Part shown: in pieces, positions 20,901 to 30,977 of the stretch
Layout: each line of letters begins with the position of its first letter
How positions within the stretch are numbered: position 1 is the stretch's first letter
Virus record (IMG/VR): IMGVR_UViG_3300035698_003862
Location: 2,401 to 66,400 of that record
Reading direction: 5' to 3' (one strand)
Source of the DNA: a virus
DNA: 64,000 bases
The notes under the pieces: generated by a model
The model's database searches: none
What the model saw: only the letters and a program-made list of their open reading frames with translations
What the model was told of the DNA's origin: nothing
Position numbers and translations under genes: made by a program

Positions 20901-22612
20901 GTTTGAATTCTGGCCTGAGGGTCAGCAAGTAATTGGGATCTCTATGCAGCAATGCATAGATGACAACACCGCTAATTCGGGGAACGCTAAGTCATGAAAG
21001 TGATATGCCAATCCCGAGCTAGGAGCATAGCTCCGAGTGTAGAGACTTTATACGGTGCACCCCTAGCGGGTGAAGAGAAAGTCCAGACCACAAACGGGAG
21101 ACCGGCAGTGAAAACTGTAGTGGTAAGCAACTTTGGCATTCCGTATGGAAGAGGAGCGTTAGACATAGCGCGCCAAGTTAAGGCTGAAACGGGTACACCA
21201 ACTGACTTAGCTCAGTTGGCATCCGAGATCGCTGAGATGATGGTTGCGTGGAAAACAGTAACCTATCCGGTGGCTTGGACGTTCATGGAGTCCTGTGGGG
21301 ACAGTGTAGAAGACCCACGGTTCCTGGTAAACCCATGGGGACGTATGCGTAGGTTCGCGGACACACGCGATGACAGAATTCTGTCGTCGATGAAGCGTCA
21401 GGCGCAGAACTTCCCTGCCGTGTAGGAGGGGGAAGTAAAACAGGGTGAACTCAGGGAACCCATTTGCTTGACTACAGTAGCTTGATATAGTAATTTGTTA
21501 CTGAAGTCAGGGAATCCTGAGCCAAGGTCAGATGGGAGTCTGACAAGGTGCAGAGACCAGGTACCGAGGCTAGAACAGCCAGTAATGTACCCACGAGCGC
21601 CCTGACTCCGCAAGGAGTATGATATGGTCCGAACTACTGAGAAGCAGGAAACCCGGTTATGTAAGGATTGTGCTAAATCAGCAGCGATTGAAGGGCCGCG
21701 GTGCAAAGATTGCCACCGCGTCTGGAAACGTAATGCTGCAAGGCATAGTCGTGCTGACAGGAAGGAAGCAGAGTTACAGGAGAATGAAAAATTGCGGGTC
21801 ACTGGCTGGCAACGTTGCACTTTGTGTAAGAGGAAGCGCAGACTTAGCGAGTACCGAACGACCCAGCGTGGGCGTAAGGGTAAACTCAACAAGATTTGTG
21901 ATTCGTGCTTAACACGCGTGTATACGCAGCCTGGTAGGTTGGCGGCTGATACTGACATATCGGCACCAGCTTTTTGGCGAAGAAAGGCGTACGCCGTTAA
22001 TTCGGTCGCCACGCAGCTCCGCCGTAAGGAGTTGCTCAGGCGTATCAGCTTAGCTGAGCTACCCTGGGTGTGCAAACCTCAGGATCTAGCACGGCTATAC
22101 GAGTCACAAGATGGCTTATGCGCCTATTGTGGCTGTACGCTAACCTTTTCGAACATTAGTGTGGACCACGCGACGCCGATAACACGTCACGGAACCCACC
22201 ACGTGTCGAATTTTCATTTGACCTGCATAGATTGTAACTACCTGAAGGGCACGCGGACGGAGGCCGAATTTAAGGCCTTCATTTGCGAATACGTAGCAAG
22301 GTTTACTCAGTAGAAGCGTCGGATAAAGAGCCGGCGCATTAACACATGATTCAAAGCACAGTAGCAGACACATGCATGTTAGCATTGTGGTTAATGGAAC
22401 GTTATCGTAAGCAGCACGCGCTGCACTTTAAGTTGGTAAACCAGATCCATGACGCGTTTATGCTCGAAGTTCCAGAAGCCGAAATCGAAGTAACGAAGAC
22501 GATGTTTCACGCCACAATGGGTAACATCGACATCCCGGTTAGGCCATGCAGTTCGTTGCGATTAGATATCGACATCGACCTAATGACCCGGTGGGGTGAG
22601 AAAGTGAAGTAG
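17915..22612 (+). CDS. polA: Family A DNA polymerase with N-terminal UDG-like domain; exons 17915-20082, 21128-21416, 22349-22612
   Basis: UDG-like FTGPAG/TNAIK/PEIIVCMG; exonuclease DAE, GHN, YAAKD; TGRF; motif A EADYKQAEL; splicing restores AKNLNFGIPYG (motif B) and NFPIQSTVAD; motif C QIHD. Confidence 0.9.
20083..21127 (+). mobile_element. Group I intron 1 in DNA polymerase
   Basis: Exon ends in U, intron ends in G, removal gives KNL|NFG in frame; core elements AATTCGGGGAA, GCCAATCCCGAG, GTAGAGACT, AAGAGAAAGTCC. Confidence 0.88.
20131..20997 (+). CDS. Intron-encoded HNH homing endonuclease with tandem zinc fingers
   Basis: Repeated CxxC...YCSxxC units; CIIC...VHHVDGD...N...LCRRCH. Confidence 0.85.
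   Translation: MEAKTINCKTCGQPFVARDPRKMYCSPRCNSKSIRLRKRKLWDAPRKCRQCGKEFKPFTKRNVYCSDKCKVDYGNAHKAYVHTCVGCSTEFTSRNPGTKYCTRSCALAHTVVERLLTCEDCGAEFTFIGRTRKHRCPHCHRRYWNDYYADAMTARGTTHWSNSGTYANNKVKLSAERRAGYRAASFAAWGSDCIICGRDHSETGAAVDVHHVDGDLCNITVTNIIPLCRRCHGRVHSLARRGTFKTRVTASMLQAALFEFWPEGQQVIGISMQQCIDDNTANSGNAKS
21417..22348 (+). mobile_element. Group I intron 2 in DNA polymerase
   Basis: P1 TTCCCT/GGGGAA with U-G at the splice site; core GAACTCAGGGAA, GGGAATCCTGAG, GCAGAGAC, TGATATGGTCC; ends in G; restores NFP|IQS. Confidence 0.88.
21624..22313 (+). CDS. Intron-encoded HNH endonuclease
   Basis: CAYCG...VDHATP...H..N...CIDCN; start codon lies within the intron S element. Confidence 0.8.
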   Translation: MVRTTEKQETRLCKDCAKSAAIEGPRCKDCHRVWKRNAARHSRADRKEAELQENEKLRVTGWQRCTLCKRKRRLSEYRTTQRGRKGKLNKICDSCLTRVYTQPGRLAADTDISAPAFWRRKAYAVNSVATQLRRKELLRRISLAELPWVCKPQDLARLYESQDGLCAYCGCTLTFSNISVDHATPITRHGTHHVSNFHLTCIDCNYLKGTRTEAEFKAFICEYVARFTQ

Positions 22613-22679
22613 TGATACAGTGAAGCAGTGATACAGTGTAATAATACAGTGAAAATCCCCATAGCATAAGGAGCTAATA

Positions 22680-24155
22680 ATGGGACTTAACGACCAAGTC
22701 AAGAATGGTGGTATTGGACGAGGCACCCGGAAGTTTATCTTCAAGGACCACGTCAAATACGAACACATGACCGGGAAGGATGCCATGATATTTCGGATCC
22801 TCCCTGCGTTTGACCCCAACAACCCAGACCCGGGCACATCGTTCGTGCCATTCGCGTTGCCTGACGGTGCGCTCACGGACTGGGCTATGCTGGTACACAT
22901 CAACCGATTCGTAGGTCACGGCAAGGGCGGTTACGGAAGCCGCAAGGATCTGCTGTCACCTAAGACGTTTGCACTTACGGGAACAGACGTATTCTGTCCC
23001 CTGGATCAGTTGTTTCAGACTATCAACACTGACCCCAATACTTGGAGTTACCTGCTCGAAGATGTAGGCGAAGGTAAAGGTAAGATCCGTGCCGCGTATG
23101 GCCGGACAATCCCGCATCTTATTGCTAACACCTGGAACCTCAACCAGCCGACGCTCGGCACACAGGTTGGCGTGTTCACCAAAAGTTCCACGGACTCCTT
23201 ACTGGATCCGAAGGAAGGCCTGGTGTTCCAGCGGAACAACATCCCTGAAGAGGTGATTCAGCAGAACTACTTGCTGCAGTACGCGGTAGGTGATCTGACT
23301 GATCCCAACACAGGACCCGCACTGATGTGTCAGAAGGGTGACGCACAGGGTGAGTACTCCAAGTACCACGTTAACCTGGCCTTGGATAACACACAGCAGA
23401 TAGTGCGTCGTGCACTTGATCAGGCGGTCATGTCGCAACGACAGAACATGAGTACTCCGGCTGAGTTTATCAATATACCTACGGAAGAGGAACTCGTCGA
23501 AGAGTTGATCATCCTGCTGAACGGGCGTTCGCCTTCTGGCATCCATGAGCATTCGTTACTGAAGTTAGCGTTCCCTAACTTCCGTATCCCAGATCCCCCG
23601 GCGGCACTAGGTGGTATGTCCACAGTCCCGTCAGGATTTGGCGCATCCCCTGCAGGAGCTCCTGTAGCTGGTGCTGGTGTGCCTGTAGCTGGTGCTGGCG
23701 TGCCTGTAGGCGGCGGTGTACCTGTAGGTGGTGTACCTGGTATGCCTCCTGTGCCTCAGTCCACGGTAGCTCCGGTTCCGATTAATCCGGCACCTGCGGT
23801 CACGGTCCCGGGTGCGGTAACTGTACCTGCAGCAGCCCCGGTAGTGGGTGTGGCTCCAGTAGTGGGTGTGGCTCCAGTAGTGGGTGTGGCCCCAGTAGCG
23901 GCTCCAGCAGTGGCTCCGGTAACAGCGCCACCACTGGCAGCTCCGACAGCAGGTGTGGCTCCAGCGGCGCCTACAGCGGAAGCGACAGGCGTAGCTGCCA
24001 ACATGGCGGCAGCACCGGCAGCGGCACCGGCAGCACCGGCAGCACCAGGAGCACCTGCAGCTGGCGTGCCAGGTGAACCGGTAGGAGAAGGCTTCAACGA
24101 AGCCGACTTCATGACGAAGGTTGAAGGTCTGAAGACGCAGGCCCCACAAGCATAG
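22680..24155 (+). CDS. Putative single-stranded DNA-binding protein with Pro/Ala/Val-rich tail
   Basis: FRILP N-terminal motif, CP motif, GDLTDPNTG, acidic end; located between polymerase and RecA. Confidence 0.55.
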   Translation: MGLNDQVKNGGIGRGTRKFIFKDHVKYEHMTGKDAMIFRILPAFDPNNPDPGTSFVPFALPDGALTDWAMLVHINRFVGHGKGGYGSRKDLLSPKTFALTGTDVFCPLDQLFQTINTDPNTWSYLLEDVGEGKGKIRAAYGRTIPHLIANTWNLNQPTLGTQVGVFTKSSTDSLLDPKEGLVFQRNNIPEEVIQQNYLLQYAVGDLTDPNTGPALMCQKGDAQGEYSKYHVNLALDNTQQIVRRALDQAVMSQRQNMSTPAEFINIPTEEELVEELIILLNGRSPSGIHEHSLLKLAFPNFRIPDPPAALGGMSTVPSGFGASPAGAPVAGAGVPVAGAGVPVGGGVPVGGVPGMPPVPQSTVAPVPINPAPAVTVPGAVTVPAAAPVVGVAPVVGVAPVVGVAPVAAPAVAPVTAPPLAAPTAGVAPAAPTAEATGVAANMAAAPAAAPAAPAAPGAPAAGVPGEPVGEGFNEADFMTKVEGLKTQAPQA

Positions 24156-24162
24156 TTAATAC

Positions 24163-24197
24163 TGAGGGGGGAGGCACAAGCGCCTCCCCCCTCTTTC
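24163..24197 (+). terminator. Intrinsic terminator
   Basis: GAGGGGGGAGGC...GCCTCCCCCCTC followed by TTT. Confidence 0.7.
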
Positions 24198-24228
24198 TCA
24201 CGTACAACAAGCGTATAGGAGGCCTTCA

Positions 24229-25524
24229 ATGGCTAAGAAGACAAAGAAGGATTTGATATCCACACCGGACCCATCACAGCGTGGTAAGGCCCTGGTGCAT
24301 CGACTTAACGCGAACCAAGTTGACGGCACTGTATGCACAGTGAGTCAGATGATGGCCCGTTGGCGTTACATTGATTTTGTCAACCCCAACGCCAAGCTAC
24401 CTAGTGTTGCGCTCGAATGGTTATTCGGAGCGCGGGGATTACTTGCTGGCCGTATGATTCAGTTCAGGGCCAAGTACAGTAAGGGTAAGAGTTCGTTCAT
24501 GTATCTCATGTACGCCTCTGCACAGCTACTATCCAAGGCCTGGTGCTTTCACGTGGAATCAGAGGGAGCTATGGCACCTGCTGACTACGTAGCATCATTT
24601 GGAGCTGATCCAGACGATCTAGCTATCGACGAGATCCAAACGTTTGAAACGTGTCTGGAACGTGTGGACGAGGTTATCGCTCAAATTCGTGGCGGCTTTG
24701 GCGGCGGTAAAACGGCAGACGGCAGACCCAAGAAGACAGTGTATACTGATCCGTTGGATCCAAACATGGAGTCGCCGATCTTGGTGGGTATCGACTCGCT
24801 GAGTTCGTTGGGTCTAGCAGACTACGCCGAGCTAGATATCGCTGACGTACACGGTACACCTGCGTTGGCATTACACGCACGTAAGCTACGTCAGTACTTG
24901 CGCGATCGTATGGGCCGGTTCAATCAGACACAGACGTTACTGATGCTCACATCACACGAGACATCCAAGATCAAGACTGGTAGATCTTTCGGTGGTGGCG
25001 GTGATACCAAGTCAGCACTGGCACAGGAGGCCATCGGTATCCATGCCACGTACGTCGTGGATGTAGATGCTGTACCGTGGGTAGATAAGGAGAAGAGCCT
25101 ACGTATCGGGGACATCATTACGTTGACAACCGAGAAGAACAAGCTGTCTCCACGCGGTCGTCAGCTACGGCTATACTTGCGTTGGGGCTCTGGGTTCGAT
25201 CTGGTCAAGACTGATGCTGAGTTTCTTATCAGCAGCAACTACTCTCCGTTCACCAAGGAGCAGCTATATCGACACAGCGCAGGGATAACATGCAAGGCGC
25301 TTAGCAAGAAGTCAATCAAGTCTGACGAGGACTTCGTGCGACTGCTTTACGATAACCAGGACGTGATCATGGGGATCCGAGAAGAAATGCGTATTCGCGG
25401 CTGTGGTTTTGAGTTCGAAACCAAGTACATGCCAACACCGGAAGAAGTGGAAGACAATAAGAACTCAGAGGAGAGTGACATCGATGGGGTGGAAGGAAGC
25501 GGAGCAAAGGTACCAGAGGGGTGA
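24229..25524 (+). CDS. RecA/UvsX-like recombinase
   Basis: GLLAGRMIQF, divergent Walker A AKYSKGKS, VESE, GIDSL Walker B, EKNKL. Confidence 0.8.
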   Translation: MAKKTKKDLISTPDPSQRGKALVHRLNANQVDGTVCTVSQMMARWRYIDFVNPNAKLPSVALEWLFGARGLLAGRMIQFRAKYSKGKSSFMYLMYASAQLLSKAWCFHVESEGAMAPADYVASFGADPDDLAIDEIQTFETCLERVDEVIAQIRGGFGGGKTADGRPKKTVYTDPLDPNMESPILVGIDSLSSLGLADYAELDIADVHGTPALALHARKLRQYLRDRMGRFNQTQTLLMLTSHETSKIKTGRSFGGGGDTKSALAQEAIGIHATYVVDVDAVPWVDKEKSLRIGDIITLTTEKNKLSPRGRQLRLYLRWGSGFDLVKTDAEFLISSNYSPFTKEQLYRHSAGITCKALSKKSIKSDEDFVRLLYDNQDVIMGIREEMRIRGCGFEFETKYMPTPEEVEDNKNSEESDIDGVEGSGAKVPEG

Positions 25525-26017
25525 AACCCTTACGGATCAAAAGGCTGAAGACTTTGTGGCACGTCGTGTGCTTCGAGGGCTCAGCTTGGTTCAACGCCAA
25601 CTACCAACCGTTGAGCGCAAGCTCTTTGGTACGGTAGACTTCGACGAGGCACAATGGCCACGTACGAAAGCTGTGCTGCAACAAGCGCTGATCAATAGCG
25701 GCCACGCTGGTCTAGTTAAGCAGTGGGTCGTAGATGCGCTCAGTGTTACGGGTAAGCACAAAGATGTGTTGGATCGTTGGGAGATGCTTGCGGATTACGA
25801 CGAGGAACGATGCGAGACAGAGTTCCCAGTCATACTGGCACGTGCTGGCAATATCGGTATCGCCTATAGCGCCGTGGCGCACTCTTGGCATGGGCTTCCG
25901 TCGTGGCTACGACCACGGTACACTGCATTAGCTATAATCGGTGGTTATACGATTATAGTCCAAGACCTTGAGCATTTCATATCACAGTTCGGTCCATTTG
26001 AATGGGGGTTAGAATGA
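25484..26017 (+). CDS. Hypothetical protein
   Basis: GAGGAG RBS before ATG 25484. Confidence 0.55.
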   Translation: MGWKEAEQRYQRGETLTDQKAEDFVARRVLRGLSLVQRQLPTVERKLFGTVDFDEAQWPRTKAVLQQALINSGHAGLVKQWVVDALSVTGKHKDVLDRWEMLADYDEERCETEFPVILARAGNIGIAYSAVAHSWHGLPSWLRPRYTALAIIGGYTIIVQDLEHFISQFGPFEWGLE

Positions 26018-26418
26018 CACCTAAGATAAAACATATCACGCTAGCCATGGTAACTACGGCTGGCGCTGAGGTCACGTTCGACCCTGCTCAGTTCCTTACC
26101 GGTGCCTGGAGCATAGACGATTACTGCCTCATCATGCAAATGCCGATTGCTGAGATGCTATCGAATACAGTCATTGAGTTGTCTGAAGAGCTGATACGAA
26201 TGTCGCTGGATTCCGAGTGGGTCAAGCAGCATCGTCGCGGTGTAGGGCAGGGTGACATCTTCTACGTGGGGACAGTTCCTTGGCTGTATGTGTTCATGAC
26301 GAATGCAGATGTATTCACGGAAGCAGGCATGGAATTAGCACAATCACGCTGTTGGCCACAGGCCGCAGTTGTACGTCTAACTACAGACGAAAAGGAGCCG
26401 CAATGCGCGACGCTGTAG
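26014..26418 (+). CDS. Hypothetical protein
   Basis: ATGA coupling to the previous gene. Confidence 0.55.
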   Translation: MTPKIKHITLAMVTTAGAEVTFDPAQFLTGAWSIDDYCLIMQMPIAEMLSNTVIELSEELIRMSLDSEWVKQHRRGVGQGDIFYVGTVPWLYVFMTNADVFTEAGMELAQSRCWPQAAVVRLTTDEKEPQCATL

Positions 26419-27182
26419 ATCCGAATCAATTAGTGTTTATCTACCTGACGACACAAGCTGACCTTGAGCGAGCTGAGGAACACCCGCCTCAATTACCATT
26501 CGACGTAACCGACCCGGAGCGGGCGGCACAGTTGCGTGAGAATGCCATATCGTCGGCCGGCATGTACGACCCCTATAGGGACGTCGTTCAGTGCTCGTTT
26601 CTGTCGGGCGTGACCACCACACACTTCTTGTTGTGTGACGATCACAGAATAGCAACAGACCCTGAAGGGCAGAGAGACGGTGCACGAACCATTCATGTGT
26701 TTGATGCCGAGGATCAGGTAATCAACGCAATAACTGGCTACATAACAAGCGCTAGTCAGGAACTGGCGGGTGGCATGGTGTTGGATAAGAAATGCTATGC
26801 GGGTTGGAAGATTCAAATTGATATGTGGCCCATGCTGGTCAATAAGGCATTCACGTACGGGTGTCACCTGCCACAAGTATACATGACTGATCTGCGTTCT
26901 CGCTGGTCAACTAATAATGAGTTACTGGACGTCTCGGGTATTTATTCGCAGGGGATGAGCATGAGCATGCGTAAACTGCCAGCACTGCAGGACGTGTTAC
27001 GTTCCTGGGGCTACGGGAGCAATTACGCAATGCCCGAAGACATTCGTGCAGCCATCTGTGACAGTCCAATAACTGTAGCAGCCAGTATAGAGCCCTACCT
27101 GTTTGATATGCAGTCAGCAGTGCTGCGTTACTACGAACTTTGTGATACATCGAGACCGGTACCCACAACAGAAGGAGGCTAG
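26403..27182 (+). CDS. Hypothetical protein, possibly degenerate 3'-5' exonuclease-like fold
   Basis: AAGGAG RBS; YAGWKI..DMWPMLVNKA and LLDV weakly resemble PolB-exonuclease-like proteins. Confidence 0.45.
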   Translation: MRDAVDPNQLVFIYLTTQADLERAEEHPPQLPFDVTDPERAAQLRENAISSAGMYDPYRDVVQCSFLSGVTTTHFLLCDDHRIATDPEGQRDGARTIHVFDAEDQVINAITGYITSASQELAGGMVLDKKCYAGWKIQIDMWPMLVNKAFTYGCHLPQVYMTDLRSRWSTNNELLDVSGIYSQGMSMSMRKLPALQDVLRSWGYGSNYAMPEDIRAAICDSPITVAASIEPYLFDMQSAVLRYYELCDTSRPVPTTEGG

Positions 27183-27184
27183 AT

Positions 27185-27382
27185 ATGGCCGCAGACGGAG
27201 AAGCCCAAGACCCCATCAGCAAGGAAGCATTGTTGGAGTCATTACAAGACGCTACGAAGCGTTTGGCCGCAGCAGAGAAGGTTAAGAGAGCCGACGCCGC
27301 TGTGCACAACGAGACAATCGGTTCCACCAAGGCAGAGATCAAGGAAATCATAGAGCAGCTTGATAGCCTGTATGGTGAGTAG
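27185..27382 (+). CDS. Small coiled-coil protein
   Basis: GGAGG RBS; 65 aa. Confidence 0.55.
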   Translation: MAADGEAQDPISKEALLESLQDATKRLAAAEKVKRADAAVHNETIGSTKAEIKEIIEQLDSLYGE

Positions 27383-27463
27383 TCATAGTGTACCGGCTGG
27401 CGTTATACCAAACAGTATAGCGTCGGCCGGGTTAATCTTCCCGCACGGGAACAGGAGAGTATC

Positions 27464-28024
27464 ATGGCAGATAAAGAGTTTGGCCTGGAAGACAGCGGCC
27501 AACGACAGGAGTTCGAAACAGGCAGCCGACGCGACACCGCGGAAGGTAAGCCACGTCCGGACCTAATCAGTCCGTTCCTCAAGTCCCGCTTGGGTAGTCA
27601 CCTAGGCTTGGGTGCGGTCAAGTACGGCACCCACAACTGGTCGAAAGGTCAGGACAACGCACGTGCCCGTGAGTCATTGGAGCGGCACCTAATGGAAGCT
27701 GACATGGGCCTGCTAGAAGAGGACCACATCTCAGCAGCCCTGTTCAACATCATGATCATCGTGCACAACCAGGAGATGAAGAAGCTTGGCTTCCTCCCCA
27801 ATGGCCTAGACAACTGGCCTGTCGACTGGTACGCACAAATGCATGGCGGTGATCCCAATCACGACGCGCCTCCGGTACCCAGTAGAGAAGAGCTGGAAGC
27901 TGCGGCCAAGGCCTGTAGTAAGTATATGGTAGAGCTGCGTGAAAAGCTACGTCAGCAGATCATTGATGAGCACGTCACACAAGCCGCAACCCCTGGCATA
28001 GTCTCGGTGTCGTCAGGCGCATGA
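27464..28024 (+). CDS. dATP/dGTP diphosphohydrolase domain protein (DUF5664-like)
   Basis: GSRRD..GKPRPDLISP, GAVKYGTHNWSKG, SLERHL, EDHISAALFN. Confidence 0.8.
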   Translation: MADKEFGLEDSGQRQEFETGSRRDTAEGKPRPDLISPFLKSRLGSHLGLGAVKYGTHNWSKGQDNARARESLERHLMEADMGLLEEDHISAALFNIMIIVHNQEMKKLGFLPNGLDNWPVDWYAQMHGGDPNHDAPPVPSREELEAAAKACSKYMVELREKLRQQIIDEHVTQAATPGIVSVSSGA

Positions 28025-28722
28025 TTACTCAAGACGCAGCACGAACTATTGGCAGCGTGAAGCAGCCTACCATTGATCGGTACTGTCAATACATGACAGA
28101 CCACGTTGTTCCTCATACACCAGAGGAGCAGTTTCAACGGTGGCTTTTCACGTATGCCAGCGTGCATACCAACTGGCTCAATAACTGCCGGATGTACTAC
28201 GCCCTCAAGGACCTTAAGTGGATCGGCGATGATGTCGAACTGCTTAAGCGGCTCAAGGAGAGCGGGGCCGGGTGTCATAACAAGCGCACCGAGTACATTG
28301 CAGAGTTCACTGAGTTCTTCTGGAATCATCAGGCATGGTTTTTGAAGACACCTGCTGAGTCCTGGGAACAGTATCGAAAACGGTTGCAGGCTGTAGCTAA
28401 GGGTATCGGATTCGCAAAGTCAGCGTTTCTGGTAGAGTTGCTGTATCCGACAGAGGCCGAGCTAGTATGTGTCGACACGCACGTACTACAGTTGTATGGT
28501 TATAAGCCTAGTGAGCAAGGAAATGTGCGTACGTCTGAACTGTACGCTATGGAAGACCATTGGGTTCGATGCAGTCAACAGCGGGGTGTACCCGCGCCGA
28601 TAGCGCGTTGGATTTACTGGGATCGTAAGCAGGATCAGCCTGATAGTAGGTATTGGTCATTCGTATTAGAAAGGGAGAATTATCATGACAGATTGGTCCA
28701 GATTGCCGGTTCTGAGAGATGA
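28021..28722 (+). CDS. HhH-GPD DNA glycosylase (OGG2-like)
   Basis: KGIGFAKSAF helix-hairpin-helix, VCVDTHVL, LYAME, RWIYW. Confidence 0.7.
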   Translation: MITQDAARTIGSVKQPTIDRYCQYMTDHVVPHTPEEQFQRWLFTYASVHTNWLNNCRMYYALKDLKWIGDDVELLKRLKESGAGCHNKRTEYIAEFTEFFWNHQAWFLKTPAESWEQYRKRLQAVAKGIGFAKSAFLVELLYPTEAELVCVDTHVLQLYGYKPSEQGNVRTSELYAMEDHWVRCSQQRGVPAPIARWIYWDRKQDQPDSRYWSFVLERENYHDRLVQIAGSER

Positions 28723-29095
28723 CAAACTGATACTTGAAGACACGAGCGCTAGTCCCATACCAGGTTCAATCGTACCGTGTCTCTTATGCTTCAAGCCGTA
28801 CCTTATGCGACCTTACATGGGCGTACCAGATCAAATCTGCCCAGAGTGTTGGGAAACATACAAAGATGCCGCACGAGTCATCTGCTTCAAGTGTAAGGTA
28901 ACCATCTGTCGATTGATGCCAAAGGTTCTCGACAATGGTTATTACATTAGGCCCAGGTCGGTGTTGCACTCGGACGCTTGCAATATCTGTAAAGAGGGAC
29001 TTAAGGAATCAACGGTGGTGGAGATCGAACAATGGAACAAAACGGTAAGGCCAGGAAAAATCATAGTGCCCATGAGTCAAAGAAAATACCGATAA
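28685..29095 (+). CDS. Cys-rich zinc-binding hypothetical protein
   Basis: Four CxxC pairs. Confidence 0.6.
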   Translation: MTDWSRLPVLRDDKLILEDTSASPIPGSIVPCLLCFKPYLMRPYMGVPDQICPECWETYKDAARVICFKCKVTICRLMPKVLDNGYYIRPRSVLHSDACNICKEGLKESTVVEIEQWNKTVRPGKIIVPMSQRKYR

Positions 29096-29222
29096 TAGAT
29101 TGGTGCTCTACCTGGACGCATGCCTTTGGTGTGCATACGCGAATAATTGGAGCCTGAAGGGTGCCGATTTCGACAACTTCGGATACAGCTAACATAACAA
29201 CAGTGAACAGTGAGGAACAACA

Positions 29223-30521
29223 ATGCAAGAGCTAACAAACCTAGTATCACGAATCCAAGGCAACTTGGCCAAACAAGGCATAGCTATGCCGCCCGTGACT
29301 GTACCATCCGTGACTGTGCCGTCCGTGACCCATACAACACAGCAACAGACACTCCCGTTAGCAGGACAAACAGAACAGTTAAAACCGGAACAGGCAGCCA
29401 CACCTCCGGCTACACCTACGGCTACACCTGTACCACTCAGTGACTCAGTGGAAGCACTGCAGAAGCATCCACGCTATAACGAAGCTATATTCTGGTTCAC
29501 AGCTGTCAAGGATCAGATCAAAGGTGGCTTTCCGAATATAGCAGTGGAGCAGATCACAGACGAAGGTATATGCTCAGAACTCGCAGCTAAGGCCTTTGTC
29601 AGTGCAGTGCAGTCAATGCCCGAAGATGACATACGTGACCAGCTGGCAAAGTACGGTGAGTTGATCAAACAGTTGGAGAGCGCCTTGGAGCACAACGCTA
29701 CCAAGACTAACATTCGGGAACTGGCCATCCGTGCAGGCAATCGTGATGAGTTCGTAAAACAAACCTGTAACACATGGAAGTGGAAAAGGGACGAGGCTCG
29801 TACCAGCTATGGTCAGACGCGCACTGACATGATTGCGGCGGGTACGTGGCCTAAGGCGTTAAAGGACAAAGCACCAGGGCTTGACGGGCAGGTTGCTGAC
29901 CTACGGACACAAAATACCCAGAAGGGCATGGACGCTCAGAAGGGCAAGGGTGAAGGCAACCTCAAGCAGGACCTGGCAGCTGACAAGCATGCTGGGTATG
30001 TGCAGGTGGCTCAGCGTATCGCTCGTACTCTTGGGGCCAACGGTCCCATCACGATCGACGACGTCACTGAAGAGATGTCCAAGCGTTACAACGTGACCCC
30101 CGAGAAGGGTAAGCGTCAGCACCAATGGAAGGGTAAGACATTTCCAACCTCCGAGTGGCAGCAGGTGGGCGCTGAACCCTCCAGGCAGATCTCAGCACAC
30201 GGCCGGCCGGTCGCACGCTGGGCGCTCAAAAGCTGGATCAAGGATAACTCGCTTAACGGTGAGTCATCTGCGTCACAGGTGGCGTCATTCGTGATGTCTC
30301 GTATACTGCGGGAGTACAAGCGTATCTATCCGCGGATAGACCTTGAAACCTGCAACTGGTACGTGGGTGATGTGAAGTTGTCAGACAAAGTCCGACAGAC
30401 CATAATCGCCGAAGGTAACCGGCTATATAGCATCCCGGTGACATTCGTTCCAGGCACGGTAGGCGCGCTACTCCAGGGTCCCAACCATGAGGCTACCCTG
30501 ATGATGCACAAGTCCAGCTAG
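29223..30521 (+). CDS. Hypothetical protein (432 aa)
   Basis: GAGGA RBS preceded by CAGTG repeats. Confidence 0.7.
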   Translation: MQELTNLVSRIQGNLAKQGIAMPPVTVPSVTVPSVTHTTQQQTLPLAGQTEQLKPEQAATPPATPTATPVPLSDSVEALQKHPRYNEAIFWFTAVKDQIKGGFPNIAVEQITDEGICSELAAKAFVSAVQSMPEDDIRDQLAKYGELIKQLESALEHNATKTNIRELAIRAGNRDEFVKQTCNTWKWKRDEARTSYGQTRTDMIAAGTWPKALKDKAPGLDGQVADLRTQNTQKGMDAQKGKGEGNLKQDLAADKHAGYVQVAQRIARTLGANGPITIDDVTEEMSKRYNVTPEKGKRQHQWKGKTFPTSEWQQVGAEPSRQISAHGRPVARWALKSWIKDNSLNGESSASQVASFVMSRILREYKRIYPRIDLETCNWYVGDVKLSDKVRQTIIAEGNRLYSIPVTFVPGTVGALLQGPNHEATLMMHKSS

Positions 30522-30605
30522 GACTACATTCCTGTGTGGGTAGGTTTCTTAGCGAGGAAACTTGCCCACATAGGCAACTTCAACAGTAAACAGGAGATAG
30601 TAGCG

Positions 30606-30840
30606 ATGGCTAAGCGTGTTACAACTTACTTCGGCTTTGTTTTTCGGTACAGACGAAGACTTAGCTAGCATCGGCGTGGTAGCTGACAAGATTGATGGTA
30701 TGGTAATCGGCACTGAAGGTCGCTGGATCATACCCGCAGTACGTTTCACCGGAACAGTTGAAGAAATCAAACAGCAAATGAAAGACAAAATCGACAGTAC
30801 TTTCGCTGATCCCGCTGTTAAGGAACACTTGGAGGAGTAG
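30606..30840 (+). CDS. Small protein requiring a +1 frameshift (or carrying a 1-nt insertion)
   Basis: AGGAG RBS and ATG 30606 read MAKRVTTYFGFVF; the +1 frame continues GTDEDLAS... to 30840. Confidence 0.45.
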
Positions 30841-30977
30841 TAATGGGTAAGGGACATGACGGGGTGTACGATCACGAGTACGAACGTCTTGTGGACGAAC
30901 ACACAGTTCTGCTGGCAACGCAACCGGACATTTACCGGGCGTTTGAGCCAGCACTATTTGAAGAGGAGAAATAATAC

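Noticed and set aside
20994-21425. 143-aa ORF as an independent gene
   Set aside because: It is intron 1 core sequence plus polymerase exon 2
23655-24070. GGY-rich and 18-nt tandem repeats as a guide-RNA array
   Set aside because: They are in-frame codon repeats of the Pro/Ala/Val/Gly tail (APVVGV, PVAGAG) of the putative SSB
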